DNA of 64,000 bases from Diplonema japonicum (Eukaryota; Protista; Euglenozoa: Diplonemea): contig OZ025660.1 of the NCBI GenBank assembly GCA_964019335.1, positions 496,001-560,000 on the forward strand, given 5' to 3'. Made by a program: the position numbers and the translations under genes. The notes beneath the pieces are model-generated. The model was not told the DNA's origin and did no database searches. It worked only from the letters and a program-made list of their open reading frames with translations. Below are positions 43,825 to 55,376 of this stretch, piece by piece (positions within the stretch are counted from its first letter, which is position 1; every line of letters begins with the position of its first letter).

Positions 43825-46461
43825 CTAAATGTCAAAGTACACGGTGGAACTGGGCGGTGTCATCTTAACCTCCTGAGAAGGCACAGGAGCTTTCTCCAAG
43901 TCACTCAACAGCATTTCCCGAGGAGCGGTCGTGGTCATGGTAGAGGTTCTCTTCTTGTTGTACACTGTGAGGGCGATGGCGGAACCAATGCACAGGGCAC
44001 CCAAACCACCTGCGAGATACAGCCACGGCATCGAGAAGGAGGAAGAGGAAGAGGAGGAGGAGGAGCCAGACTCGTCATCAGGTTGCGGGGCAGGAACGCT
44101 GACCTTTGCGACAGGCTTCACAACAAGGGAACCCTCGTCGCCGTCCACCAAAGGTCCCTTCCCCTCAGCTGCCTCCTTCACCGCCTCTTCCACTTCCGCC
44201 TCGATCTTGTCCGCATCTTTCCCCTCAATACGGTACTCCACGAACACACCAGTGTCGCTGTCATCCTCCACCTGCTGGACTCCGGCACCTCTGTAACGAC
44301 GCCTCTCCTCGTTCAGGTAGTCCATGTTCCATGAACGGTCCACTTCCACCGCATAGTTCCTCCTCTCCCTCGGTGTCGGACGCCTGTTCCCCGCCTTCAA
44401 CACACCAACAGCAGTCACCACCAACCAGTCGGGCCTCGACCTCAGCCACCTTGAAGCCTTCATCATAGACATCCTGAACTTCCTCAGGAAGTCCCTCGGC
44501 CTCTGCATCACATAGTTCCTGTTACCTCTAAACCTCAAGCACTTCTCCATCTCAGGAGAAGGTGTGGGGTTTGGTGTCGACATTCTTGGAGCTGCGGTGT
44601 TCGGGGCTGAGGTCTCTCTCTGCTCGCTGCCAGGGGATGAAGTCACTTTCTGTTCACCACCAGGGGATGAGGTTTCTTTCTGCTCGCCACCAGGGGATGA
44701 AGTCACTTTCTGCTCGCCACCAGGGGACGAAGTCTCCTTCTGTTCGCCATTAGGGCTTGGAGTCTCACCGTTGCCCATTTCACCACCAGGGGACGGAGTC
44801 TCGCCGTTGCCTTCTTCACCACCAGGGGATGGAGTCCTGCCGTTGCCCTCCTCACCACCAGGGGACGGAGTCTCGCCGTTGCCTTCTTCACCACCAGGAG
44901 ATGGAGTCCTACCGCCGTTGCCTTCCTCACCGCCAGGAGATGGAGTCTCGCCGTTGCCTTCCTCACCACCAGGGGACGGACCTTCTTCACCGCCAGGAGA
45001 TGGACCCTCTTCGGTACCTTCTTCAGTTCCCTCCTCGGTGCCTTCTTCTGTTCCCTCTTCACGGTCTTTTGCGGCTCCCTGTTCACCTTTGTTGCCATTG
45101 TTGCCCTCAGGGTTGTTGTTGCCCCCTTCTTCACCGTTGCCGGTGCCCCCTTCTTCACCGCCAGTTGGTGGAGGCATACCGTTGCCACCTTCTTCACCGC
45201 CAGTGGGTGGAGGCATACCGTTGCCACCCTCCTCACCATCAGGGGATGGAGTCCTGCCGTTACCACCCTCTTCACCGCCAGGGGATGGAGTCCTACCGTT
45301 GCCACTCTCCTCACCGCCAGGAGATGGAGTCCTTCCGTTGCCACCTTCTTCACCACCAGGGGATGGAGTCCTACCGTTACCACCCTCTTCACTGCCAGGG
45401 GATGGAGTCCTACCGTTGCCACCCTCTTCACCGCCAGGAGATGGAGTCCTTCCGTTGCCACCTTCTTCACCACCAGGGGATGGAGTCCTACCGTTACCAC
45501 CCTCTTCACCGCCAGGGGATGGAGTCCTGCCGTTGCCACCCTCCTCACCGCCAGGAGATGGAGTCCTACCGTTGCCACCCTCTTCACCGCCAGGAGATGG
45601 GGTCCTACCGTTGCCACCCTCCTCACCGCCGGGAGATGGAGTCCTACCGTTCCCTTCCTCACCACCAGGGGATGGAGTCCTACCGTTGCCTTCTTCACCA
45701 CCAGGGGATGGAGTCTTACCGTTGCCCTCTTCACCACCAGGGGAATCCGTGTTCTGCTCACCGTTCGGACTGGGGGTGTTCTGCTGACCATTAGGACTGG
45801 GGGTGTTCTGTTGACCATTAGGACTCGGGGTGTTCTGTTGACCATTAGGACTGGGAGTGTTCTGCTGGCCGTTAGGACTGGGGGTGTTCTGCTGACCATT
45901 AGGACTCGGGGTGTTCTGTTGACCATTAGGGCTTGGAGTGTTCTGCTGACCATTAGGACTCGGAGTGTTTTGTTGACCATTAGGACTGGGGGTGTTCTGT
46001 TGACCATTAGGGCTTGGAGTAGCAGGGGCCCGAGTAGCAGGGGCTCGGGTAGCAGGGGCTGAAGTAGCGGGAGCAGAAGTGTCAGGGGCTCGAGTAGCAG
46101 GGGCCCGAGTAGCGGGAGCAGAAGTGTCAGGGGCCCGAGTATCAGGAGGCGAAGTAGCAGGGGCCCGAGTATCAGGGATTGCTGTGTCAGGGGACAAACT
46201 CTCACCCGGTTTACACTTCCTCGGGGGGTAGGTCTTCTTCCCGTAGCTCTTCTTCCCGTAGTAGGTCTTCTTCCCGTAGTACGTCTTCTTCCCGTAACTC
46301 TTTTTCCCATAATAGCTCTTTCCGTAGTACTTGCTACTGTAGTGGTTCCCGTTGCCGTAGCCATAGTTGTATCCCCCCACTTGGCTGCCATAGTAGTGTG
46401 CGCTGGCTGGTGCCACCATCGAGGCGGCACACAGCACTAGAAGCAAGCTCCTCGACCTCAT
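43825..46461 (-). CDS. Type I membrane mucin-like repetitive surface protein (878 aa), copy 2
   Basis: Signal peptide, Tyr/Gly/Lys-rich head, APATR, NTPSPNGQQ and GEEGGNGRTPSPG tandem repeats, short globular segment, TM WLYLAGGLGALCIGSAIALTVY, cytoplasmic tail; intronless. Confidence 0.88.
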   Translation of the reverse strand: MRSRSLLLVLCAASMVAPASAHYYGSQVGGYNYGYGNGNHYSSKYYGKSYYGKKSYGKKTYYGKKTYYGKKSYGKKTYPPRKCKPGESLSPDTAIPDTRAPATSPPDTRAPDTSAPATRAPATRAPDTSAPATSAPATRAPATRAPATPSPNGQQNTPSPNGQQNTPSPNGQQNTPSPNGQQNTPSPNGQQNTPSPNGQQNTPSPNGQQNTPSPNGQQNTPSPNGQQNTPSPNGEQNTDSPGGEEGNGKTPSPGGEEGNGRTPSPGGEEGNGRTPSPGGEEGGNGRTPSPGGEEGGNGRTPSPGGEEGGNGRTPSPGGEEGGNGRTPSPGGEEGGNGRTPSPGGEEGGNGRTPSPGSEEGGNGRTPSPGGEEGGNGRTPSPGGEESGNGRTPSPGGEEGGNGRTPSPDGEEGGNGMPPPTGGEEGGNGMPPPTGGEEGGTGNGEEGGNNNPEGNNGNKGEQGAAKDREEGTEEGTEEGTEEGTEEGPSPGGEEGPSPGGEEGNGETPSPGGEEGNGGRTPSPGGEEGNGETPSPGGEEGNGRTPSPGGEEGNGETPSPGGEMGNGETPSPNGEQKETSSPGGEQKVTSSPGGEQKETSSPGGEQKVTSSPGSEQRETSAPNTAAPRMSTPNPTPSPEMEKCLRFRGNRNYVMQRPRDFLRKFRMSMMKASRWLRSRPDWLVVTAVGVLKAGNRRPTPRERRNYAVEVDRSWNMDYLNEERRRYRGAGVQQVEDDSDTGVFVEYRIEGKDADKIEAEVEEAVKEAAEGKGPLVDGDEGSLVVKPVAKVSVPAPQPDDESGSSSSSSSSSFSMPWLYLAGGLGALCIGSAIALTVYNKKRTSTMTTTAPREMLLSDLEKAPVPSQEVKMTPPSSTVYFDI

Positions 46462-46619
46462 ATTTATGTTCAGTAAACCTGTGTGGTTGTGTCGTTACAA
46501 ATTTGTGAAAAGAAGAATTGGAATCGCCTTTTTGTCCTCACCCATGTGTCCTTGCTGCCGAAAGTAAGCTCAAGAAAATATCGGTGGCACTCTCCTTCAT
46601 GCCCTTGCTGCCGAAGTCC

Positions 46620-48075
46620 CATCCTCCAGGAGCCTGGTTCCCTTTCCAGAGAACGGACATCAGAACAGATCTTGGTTTGCGAATGGAATGGTTGTACACA
46701 CCGCACCCATCTTGCCCCTTTGCCTACCTCCCCACCCCTCCATTGGTCCTCGTGATGGGAATATGAATGGATCAGTTTCCTTCTGTCATTTATGTGTTAA
46801 AGGGGAATCAGGAGACTGTGTCTTCATAGAATGGACCAATGTTCTTTAACTACGGTGTCATCATGCTTCGGTGTTGCTGCTGTCGGGCACAACACAGATC
46901 CTTGAGACAGCAAAGAAAAGCAACTGTGCTTTGGGTGTTGTTGCTGTTTTCTTTTCAGAAAGGGTTTGTGCAGAGCACCTATCCATCAAACACCTATCAT
47001 CTGTGATGACAAGGTCAGAGACTCTAGTCTTTTGTGCTTTGATCATCATTCACAGCGTTGGTGTGTCCCCTTCGACACGGGTCATCACCTCAAAAGACGA
47101 AAAAGGCAAAGCAAAGAGAACAAAAAATGGTCTCACGCTGATAAAGCTCCCATTCCAAGCATGAGGTGCCCAACGGGTGGTATGTACAGCGTTGCGTTGC
47201 TGCTTTCTTTGTTCTCACATCCCTCTTCTCGCATTGCTTCACAACCATCACCCTATTAAGAGGGAACTGGCTCGCTTATAAGCTTGCTGAAAGCTTCCTT
47301 CCTTCCTTCCTTCCTTCCTTCTTTCCTTGCTCTCCCATGTCTCTCTTCACTTCTCCTCTCGCATCAGGACTGGAGGATGGTATCTTTACTGTGAAAGGCC
47401 TTCCGTGGCACCCGTGCTGCTTCTTCTTGTGTCCTCATCTCCCGCCCACTTTCACCCTGCAGCACAAACAGAGTGTGACTGCTGCAACGACAGCGGAGGG
47501 CGGTGGAAGAGCCAGGATGGAATAAAATTGTGTCGAATGAAGAGCCTTGGCTACAAATGGAAAGAAGTCAGAAGTCCTTGTTTGTAAATCATGAATTGAA
47601 AGATCAGAAGCAAGACTGGCATGTCGTGAAAGGGTCGTTGTCATCATCTTGGTTTGTGCAAAAAAGAAAAAGGAAACCTTTTCCTCAAAAAGGCAAAAGA
47701 AAACCGCTGGAGTCTCACGCTGATAAAGCTCCCATTCCAAGCATGAGGTGCCCAACGGGTGGTATGTACAGCGTTGCGTTGTGTTGCGTTGCCTGTCCCT
47801 CCACTCCAAGGAGAAGGGTGTGCATCAGACGATGCCGTCTCACTGGTGTCTGCTCAGCACCAACAGAAGCCTGCCGGTTCATAAAATATAGGATCTAAGT
47901 GGTGAATCATCATCTGCTCATTCCTTGGAGGGTATCTATTTATTTTATTTCCCCCTAATTCTCTCAGTTTATTTTTCAAAAAAAAACACAGTTCTATCGC
48001 AGACCAGCCAACCCTGAAGGGCCGACCGACTAGGATCGGAGGTGACAGAATGGGTGTGTTGAGTTCTCATCACGG
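46620..48075 (-). ncRNA. snoRNA array 4 (copy of most of array 2)
   Basis: Same modules as 34685-36135 at offset +11938. Confidence 0.85.
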
Positions 48076-48535
48076 ACTTTTCTGCTCCATGTGCAAGCCC
48101 TCCAACGCCTCATTCACGTGAAGAAGAGAGGCCTTATCTAGTTTGCTCTACAAAGCGAAATAAGAATCAAGGTTCAAAAGAAAAGAAAACGAAGATAAAA
48201 AAGAAAACACTAAAAAAAAAGGGAGGGTGGGGCTAAGAGTGTTGTTGTAAAGTCACGGATGAAGGGGAGAAAGGGAAACGTATCTCTCCTTCAGAGAAAG
48301 AGCAGTATTTTTGGTATAAAAATTTCCCCGTGTGGTGCTCTGTTCTCTATTTTTTTTCTTTTTTTTTTTTTTAAAAAAAAGAAAAGGGGTTGGAAAGTGG
48401 AGAAAAATAGATAACCCGGGAAATAAAAAAAAACACACTGACTAATATTTCTTTTTTTTTTTTAAAAATGAAAAACGAACGTAACATATTTGAGAAAAAG
48501 AGATTTCTTTTTTTTTGGGGGGGGAGGAGGTCGTT

Positions 48536-49064
48536 CTATTCCAGCTTCGATGCAGGAAGGTGGGGGTACTTCTCCGCCTTTTTAAGTTTTTTTTTTTTTT
48601 TTTTTTTTTTCAAAACAAAAAAAAAAAGAAATTACATACCCAATCATTCGGGATGGTATATTTCCAGTCAGCACTGCACTTTTGTGCCCACCACAATCTG
48701 CGCATCATGGTCGCCTCGGAGTTAGAAGTCACCTGTTTTTTTTTTCTTTTTTTTTTTTTCCTCTCCTCCCGCCATACGTTGGGGTACACGTTCACACCCA
48801 CAGTATTGCCTACGATGGCGCCCCCAAGACCGAAGGAGAGCATCATGAAACCCCCTACCAAAGATGTGTTTTTCCTCATCATGACAGGCCACACCCACCC
48901 CATTGCAGCCCCCGCTGCACCACCGATTCCTGCGAACTTCAGCTGGTCCCTTCTTGTGCTCCTCTGGGTGCCCCACGGGTGGACGGTCGCTTCGAATTCT
49001 TTCTGTTTTTTTTTTTTTTTTTTCACTCCCTCTTCCAATGCCATACGTAATCTGCCGCTTTCAT
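48536..49064 (-). CDS. Small two-TM protein with Gly-rich helices (possibly organellar membrane); 4 exons
   Basis: Introns 49003-49046, 48733-48777 and 48578-48639 (all GTATG...AG) give MKAADY|KEFEATVHPW...YPN|VTSNSE...PNDW|AEKYPHLPASKLE*. Confidence 0.78.
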
Positions 49065-49840
49065 AGGGGGCAGTTCGGCAATTACTTTCTTCGTCATTTT
49101 ATATTATTTTCCTCTCCCCCTTTTTTATTTTTTAAACTGTGAATTTGAACTGCGGTATTATATAATTCAAGAGAAATTTTAAAGTTCAAGTAAAAGGGGA
49201 AAAGAAAAATGGGAGGGGGGGGGAACCAAAAGCAACAATTTCTTGTTTCTGTTTTCACCCCCCCCTTTTTTTGTTCCTAGTTTTTTTTTTTTTTTTTAGA
49301 AGAAAAAAAAATAAAAATATAAGGGAGGTAAGCAGAAGAAAAAATAAGAAAACCCAACCCCCTTACGATTCTCTCTTCTTCTTCTTGCTCTATTTGCTTT
49401 TTTTTTTTTTTTCTCTTTTTCTATTGCTGCCCATTTTTTTTAAATTGGTTTTTCATTTCTCGTCCCAAGAACTTCCACACAATCGTAATCAAAAAAATTC
49501 ATCATGACCAACAAGACAGAGGAGCCTCACTGTGCGCGAAAATAAATATACAACGGGGAGAAAAAAAAGGGGGGGGGGAAAGGAATATCAGTGCTTTTTC
49601 TTGCTTCCTTTTTGCGCGTGTGTGTTAATCTTTTTTTTTTTTGTATTTTCGTAAAAATGGGGTAAATGGAATATAAAAAAAAAAAAAAACAAGAGCGGGA
49701 GAAGAAAAAAAAAAAGAAGGGAAAAAGGGAGAAGAAGAAAAAAAAGTAGTCTGAAGGGCAAAAAAAAGAGCGCCAAACCTGGAAAAGCTGGCCTCGTTTT
49801 TTTTTTCTTTTTTTTTTTCCCCCATTTCTTTTTCTTTTTT

Positions 49841-49908
49841 TTAAATCTTCCTTTCTGCCTTTCCTCTAAGCTGCGATTGTGCATTGGAAAAGCAAATTGA
49901 GGCCAGCA

Positions 49909-49942
<34 letters not shown>

Positions 49943-50236
49943 TTGCATACCTCCCATTCCATCCTGCCTCGCTTCATATAGAGGCAGCAGTCCAAGTTTT
50001 TTATTACATGGCTTCACTAGCTCTACCTGTCCTGAATCAGAGCCCTTCTCTTGCCTCAGTTGCTTTGCTGTATCGGCTAGCTTTGCGCAATCTTGAATGG
50101 TAGTGAAGCCAAGCCCGGACAGCTTCTCAAGCGCGCCTGCAATCGCCTCCAAATCAGTAACATTTAACTTTGCAAGCTGTGGAGATCTCTTGCAAGCCTC
50201 ATCCGTTTGTTCACCCATTTTGCAGTATGTCCCCAC
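49841..50236 (-). CDS. Possible small hypothetical protein or gene fragment
   Basis: About 90 codons of protein-like composition between homopolymer spacers; structure unresolved. Confidence 0.3.
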
Positions 50237-50396
50237 CCCCCTCTCTCGCCCCCTTGTTAGCTCGGAAAACGAAAATTCACAATTTAAAAAAAAAGAAGAA
50301 AAAAAAAAAAAAAAAAAGATGGAAGTGACTGAAAAGCCACATAAAACAGTTACATAATGAGTATATAAAAAAGGGTTGGTTTATAATTACAGTACT

Positions 50397-52598
50397 TCAC
50401 CTGGCAGCCATTCGAAGCACGACCAGTGCGAACTCATCAAAACTGATCATGTCACTAGCTTTGGCTCGGTTGGTCACCTTTTTTATTGTCTTCCCCCACC
50501 GTTGTTTTCAACACACCTGGGCCAGTACCCTGTCTACGTACGACCGGCACTTCACACCTATGTGGTCCATGGTGTCGAAATAGCTGTCCAGCTGCATTCT
50601 GCTGATGGCACCTTTATTGTCAACATCGATACTGTAATGGGTTTATTTTGGGGGAAAGGGGTATAGGGGATACCATTCAAAGACCTGCTTCAGATGTGTT
50701 TCATCAAGCTGCTTAAGCTCCTTCACTTGATACTTTGACTTATACTCCCCAAAGCTCCACCCCCCGCCTACTGGGGCGGAGTTTGGCCTGCTTACACACA
50801 AACTGGTTCTCTTGTTCTGTGGTGGTTCAGGGGCGTATGTGCTACATGGTTGGGTGCTGTGCAGGCCCAGTTGTCTCTCTGGGTGGTACTCGTGGTTCGG
50901 AGGTAGCTTCGTCCACACATCACCGTCTTCCCACCGCAAGATGTGTGTAGTGCTTGTGCCGATGTTCAGCTTGCACCCCAGCAAGGACACGCCGCCAGTG
51001 CCGCTGCTGATATCCCATTCGGAGCCGTACTTGCTCCCGGGCACCTTGAACCTCGCCTTGTCCCCCACCACCGTCACCACAGTGTTGTCCTTCAGTGTCA
51101 CCCAGGGCCCCTGCAGGTATGTCGAGATGTCCGTCCCGCTCTCCGTCAGCTTCACCCCTGACGTCACCCACGTCTCCTTCCCATATGGCGTGTCCGCGTC
51201 CCTTGCAGCACGGGGCGGCTGTACAAACGGCGTCTCCGACACCTGCGGCACCTCATGCGGGGCTTCGTTTGCTGGCTCCTCTGCTTTTTCAATAGGGATG
51301 CTTGGCTCCGTCTCAACCCTTGTTTCCTGTGCCGATCCAGCTTCCTGCGGTGCAGGCTCCTCTTTTGGCTGTGAGGGCTCTTCTTTTGGCTGTACAGGCT
51401 GTGGGGCAGACTCTTCTATTGGCTGTGGTTCAACTTCAGGCTGAGGTGGTTGTGCCCGCATGGAAGGAGGTTGATTTTCCTGAGTTCGGTCTTCAAGATC
51501 CTCTTCCTCTGACTGGCTAGGTGTCCAGGAAGCAGGGGCAACGCTCGCATGCTGCGTGTGATACCGCACCCACTGCAAGAGGATGCCTGCAGACACAGAC
51601 ACCTCCCACACATCATCGTCGGTGATGGTCTCGACGAGCCTCGTGACAGTGTCGAAGGACATCTTGCTCAGGGCGGGCGGGTTGGTGCTAAACCGTTGCA
51701 TGAGCAGCTCGGTGGAGTCGACTGTGCACAGCTCTATGTCTTCGTAGCCTTGCAAGAGGAGCACTGCGGAGAGGATGGAAGGGAGATGGGCCTCCGACCC
51801 TGCAGAGGTACCCGCCATCCGGAAGAGGTTGCGGAGGACTTCGGCGGAAAGCAAAGTTAACCCTTCCTTTATAAGAGTTATGTCGAGACTTGTGTTATTC
51901 CTATACACGGAATGACTTTCCATGCAAGGCAGGTTGCCTGAGGACTGCATGCTGCCATGGATGGCAGACATGTCGAAGGTACTAGCGAGGATGTTGAGCG
52001 ATAGCAGTTCGGGGGTATCGGTAGCTTGTTCAAGGAGAACAAAGCATCCAGGGTAGTCCTCCACCCTGCACTTTTCTTGGTGAGGTTCGCTGGGAGGTGT
52101 TTCCCTACTGCTACCCCGGTCCGGCTCATCGCTGCTGTCGTGTTCCCTTTCCTCGCAAGTAGCTGTTGGGAGGTAACCTACTGTTAATGAGGGGCGGGGG
52201 GCGGTCTTGTTTACGGTAACCAAACGGGACTTTGAATAGTACTCTACCTTGTTTACGGTGAAAAGGTACCCTGCAGAGGCTGTCTGGCTCTCACCTAGTG
52301 GGACTAGGTAGTATTTTCTCGAGGATAGCTGCGACTGGAATTCGTTCTCAGTACAGACCAAGTCGAGCTGGCCGCCTAGAAAGCTCACTAAAAACAATTC
52401 TTCAGACTGACTTCCTGTATTCCTCATCAGCGCCTTCACCACCACCCCTTCCTTCCCTCCCAGCACCCCGTCTTTCAGCACCACCTTCTCCCCTACAGCG
52501 TCCCGTACTGCCACCGCCTGTACAGCTTTTTTCATGGTGTCCTCTTGTACTAGTTCGGAATTTATCGGCCCACTTGCTATGTCCGCAGGTGAAGACAT
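50397..52598 (-). CDS. Hypothetical protein with C-terminal EF-hand pair; 3 exons
   Basis: Introns 50632-50673 and 50478-50516 extend the track ORF to ...VFECIDVDNKGAISRMQL...DMISFDEFALVVLRMAAR*. Confidence 0.72.
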
Positions 52599-53170
52599 GG
52601 TTTATTTTTTTTTTTTTAATTTCTGGATGCAATTGTTCATTTTGGAACAGAAAAAAATGATATGTGGGAGGGGGGTTGGGATGCATGAAGGTTAGTTTAA
52701 AAAAAAAAAAAAAAATGCCGAACAATAGCCTGCTTTTGGGCTTTTTTTTTTTTTTTTTTTTTTTTTGAACCAAAAAAAAAACAATAATTTATTTACAAAA
52801 TTATTGTTTTTTTTTCCCCCCAATGTTCTTGTTCAAAAGAAGAAGGGGGAAAAAAAACGACGTCTGCGCAGATATTTCACACACAGAACCGTCTGCGGGG
52901 GGAACCATAAAAGAAAAGCTAAAACAAACCAATTATACTCTCTCCTCTACACTTTTACTCATTTTTTTAAAAATCTTTTTCCTGTCAACATTTACATTTT
53001 TAAGTTCATCCGTCCAGCTAAGTGCGAAATGAACCTGAGCTTGCGTCCTGACTGTTGATTCAAATACCCCCCCCCCCCCCCCCCCCCCCAAACGTCTTTT
53101 TCTTTCGGCGGTGCCAGAAGAAAAAAAATGGGTTTGACGGGTTTTAACGGGAAAATACGGGGGTCACTGT

Positions 53171-53910
53171 TCAGGTAGAAATCCACACTAATCGGTCACC
53201 GTTCTGCGGTTGCTGTCTGGTGCCTGCGGTGGCTGTTTGTCGCGATGAGATGGACGGCATCTGGGCGAGAAACATTGCTTGGAGTCGTGCTAGGTAGGGG
53301 GGGAGGAGAAGAGTGGTCTCCTGTTGTAGCCGTGTGCCGTCGGGCCCCCAAGATGTCGAAGGGTATGCACCCTTGATTTGGCGTTGGCGGGGAAGGCTGA
53401 CCTTCCACAGCATGCTGAACATTTCTGGATGCGACCTTAGATGTATCGCATCCTTGCGGCCTTCTCCGTGAGCAGGTCTTGATCGTCGAGGGGACCTATG
53501 AGCGACCGGCGGGTGGTCTGCTCATAGTCTATGGCGAGTTCCATTGTCGTGACGGAAATTTTCTTCTTACCATCGTACCATCGTAGGCCTCTTAGCCACT
53601 TGAGGACGTTCTTTAAATGAAAGGTCAGGACCGCGCCTGACGCCCCGTTCGCCTTCAGCAACGCTTCCGTCGGAACATCATGTTGCCTCCCTGTCGTTAC
53701 CTCATCCCAAGGGTTGGAGGTGAGCACTCTCTTGCTTTTTTCCGCTGCTCTGGCGTCACGGACCGTCACTACTTTCAGGAAGTATTGTTGCACCATCCTG
53801 GCACGTTCTTTCCCTGCTTTGTCGGCCCCTCTTGGGACTATCCCGTGAAGGGCTGTGGCAGCTGGGAGGCCTTCTCGCTTCACCTCTGCGTATTGCTCGC
53901 TTTCCAACAC
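53171..53910 (-). pseudogene. Probable relic of the 3' part of a non-LTR retrotransposon ORF
   Basis: Interrupted reading frame with WLRGLRW...MELAIDYE, resembling C-terminal tails of protist LINE ORF2. No RT motifs are visible. Confidence 0.35.
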
Positions 53911-54323
53911 GCTCGCAAAAAAAAGAAAGGGAATCTCCCTTATAAAAAAAAGAAAGAAAAAACGGAAGATTTTTTATTTTGCAAGAACATGTATATTTGG
54001 CCTAGACTAAAGGGGAACGTTGTCCTGGGGTGTGAACTTTTCCAGGTTTCTACCCCAGCGATCCTCTTTGGTAGAAAAAAAAAAAAAAAATGGCTCAACA
54101 GCTAAAAGACTAGCAAAGGTGGCCCACGTCCTTTTTTTTTTTTTTTTTTAAAGTGCTGTAAAAACGAAAAGTTGTTCATCAGAAAAAAAACAAAAAAAAA
54201 GAGAAGAAAAAAGACGGACTTCTTATCTTTCCCTCTCCCCTTTTTTTTCTGCCGAAGCTTTTTTTTCCCCCGTTTTTTACAGTCGTTGCGTAAGAATAAG
54301 AAGGTTTCACTCGTTCACTCGTA

Positions 54324-55256
54324 TCACTGGTAGAAGTACATCACATTGTCAGATGTAGCGATGGCAAGCCTGTTTGAAATGACACAATAAGTATCTACAG
54401 AAGCAGTGGTTCTGGAAAGGAGGCTCCAGGGCGGGGAACGTGGGAGGCGATCCGGGTGGAGGAGCTCCACCCTTGATGAAACGGTAGACGTCTGTACAGG
54501 AAGGAGCTCGGGACAAAGGAGGGGAAGCCGTGTAGCGACAAAGGTTGCACCGCATTCCAAGAGCTCGGTAGAGGAAACCGTAGTGAAGGAAGAGACCTGC
54601 CCAGGGGTAGACTCAATGTCCGTCACCGGTCCTTCCCACACCACAGACAGCTCGTCATATAATGTAATGGTGTCCTGCAAGGGGTCCAGTGTGAAGACCA
54701 AATTAACCCCTAGCACCACTTTGCCTGGGTCGTGGAGGATAGATGCCACAGGGTGCCCCTCCTTCGACCACTGCATGATGCGGTCTCCTGCCTTGCTAGG
54801 GTACGAGGTGACCGTCATCCCATCGGTAGAAGCGACCAAGGCGGCTACACCAACATGATGAGCCACCACCATTCGCAGGCACCGTAGGTCAGTAGAATAC
54901 AAGCGAAGTATTCCCGCCGTGTCCCCGCACCACAGGACGCCTCCCAGTGCTGTTGAACATGTGCATCGTTCTGCGAACCGTACCACTCCTTTTAAACTCA
55001 CCCCCCACCAGCTCTTCACTGTGTCCCCCGTCAGCATCATCATCACGTCCCCCACTTGCAGTAGTGTTTCGGCCCTCCCTCCCTCAAAGGGTACTGCCCC
55101 TACAAGCCTTCCCTCAAACCCAACATATTCCGCAATTCTCCGTACCACCTCCGACGGGAACTTCCCGCACAAGACACAGGCAGCGTCTGCAGTACGTCCA
55201 GGGGTGCTATCCCATGCGCCGTCCGCTTGACGGAACCACGACAGCACCAGACCCAT
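54324..55256 (-). CDS. Predicted beta-propeller (WD40-like) protein with possible N-myristoylation
   Basis: MGLVLSWF start; LWCGDTAGILRLY and AH...VAAL WD-like strands. Confidence 0.6.
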   Translation of the reverse strand: MGLVLSWFRQADGAWDSTPGRTADAACVLCGKFPSEVVRRIAEYVGFEGRLVGAVPFEGGRAETLLQVGDVMMMLTGDTVKSWWGVSLKGVVRFAERCTCSTALGGVLWCGDTAGILRLYSTDLRCLRMVVAHHVGVAALVASTDGMTVTSYPSKAGDRIMQWSKEGHPVASILHDPGKVVLGVNLVFTLDPLQDTITLYDELSVVWEGPVTDIESTPGQVSSFTTVSSTELLECGATFVATRLPLLCPELLPVQTSTVSSRVELLHPDRLPRSPPWSLLSRTTASVDTYCVISNRLAIATSDNVMYFYQ

Positions 55257-55376
55257 ACATGTAGAACCGCCCCCCTGGATGTTTAATCAAATGCTGTGTG
55301 AGCAGAACAAATAGGTGGTAACGTTTTTTTTTTTTTTTTTTTTGGTTTTGTTTGTGCTTCACCCCCTTTTTTTTTT

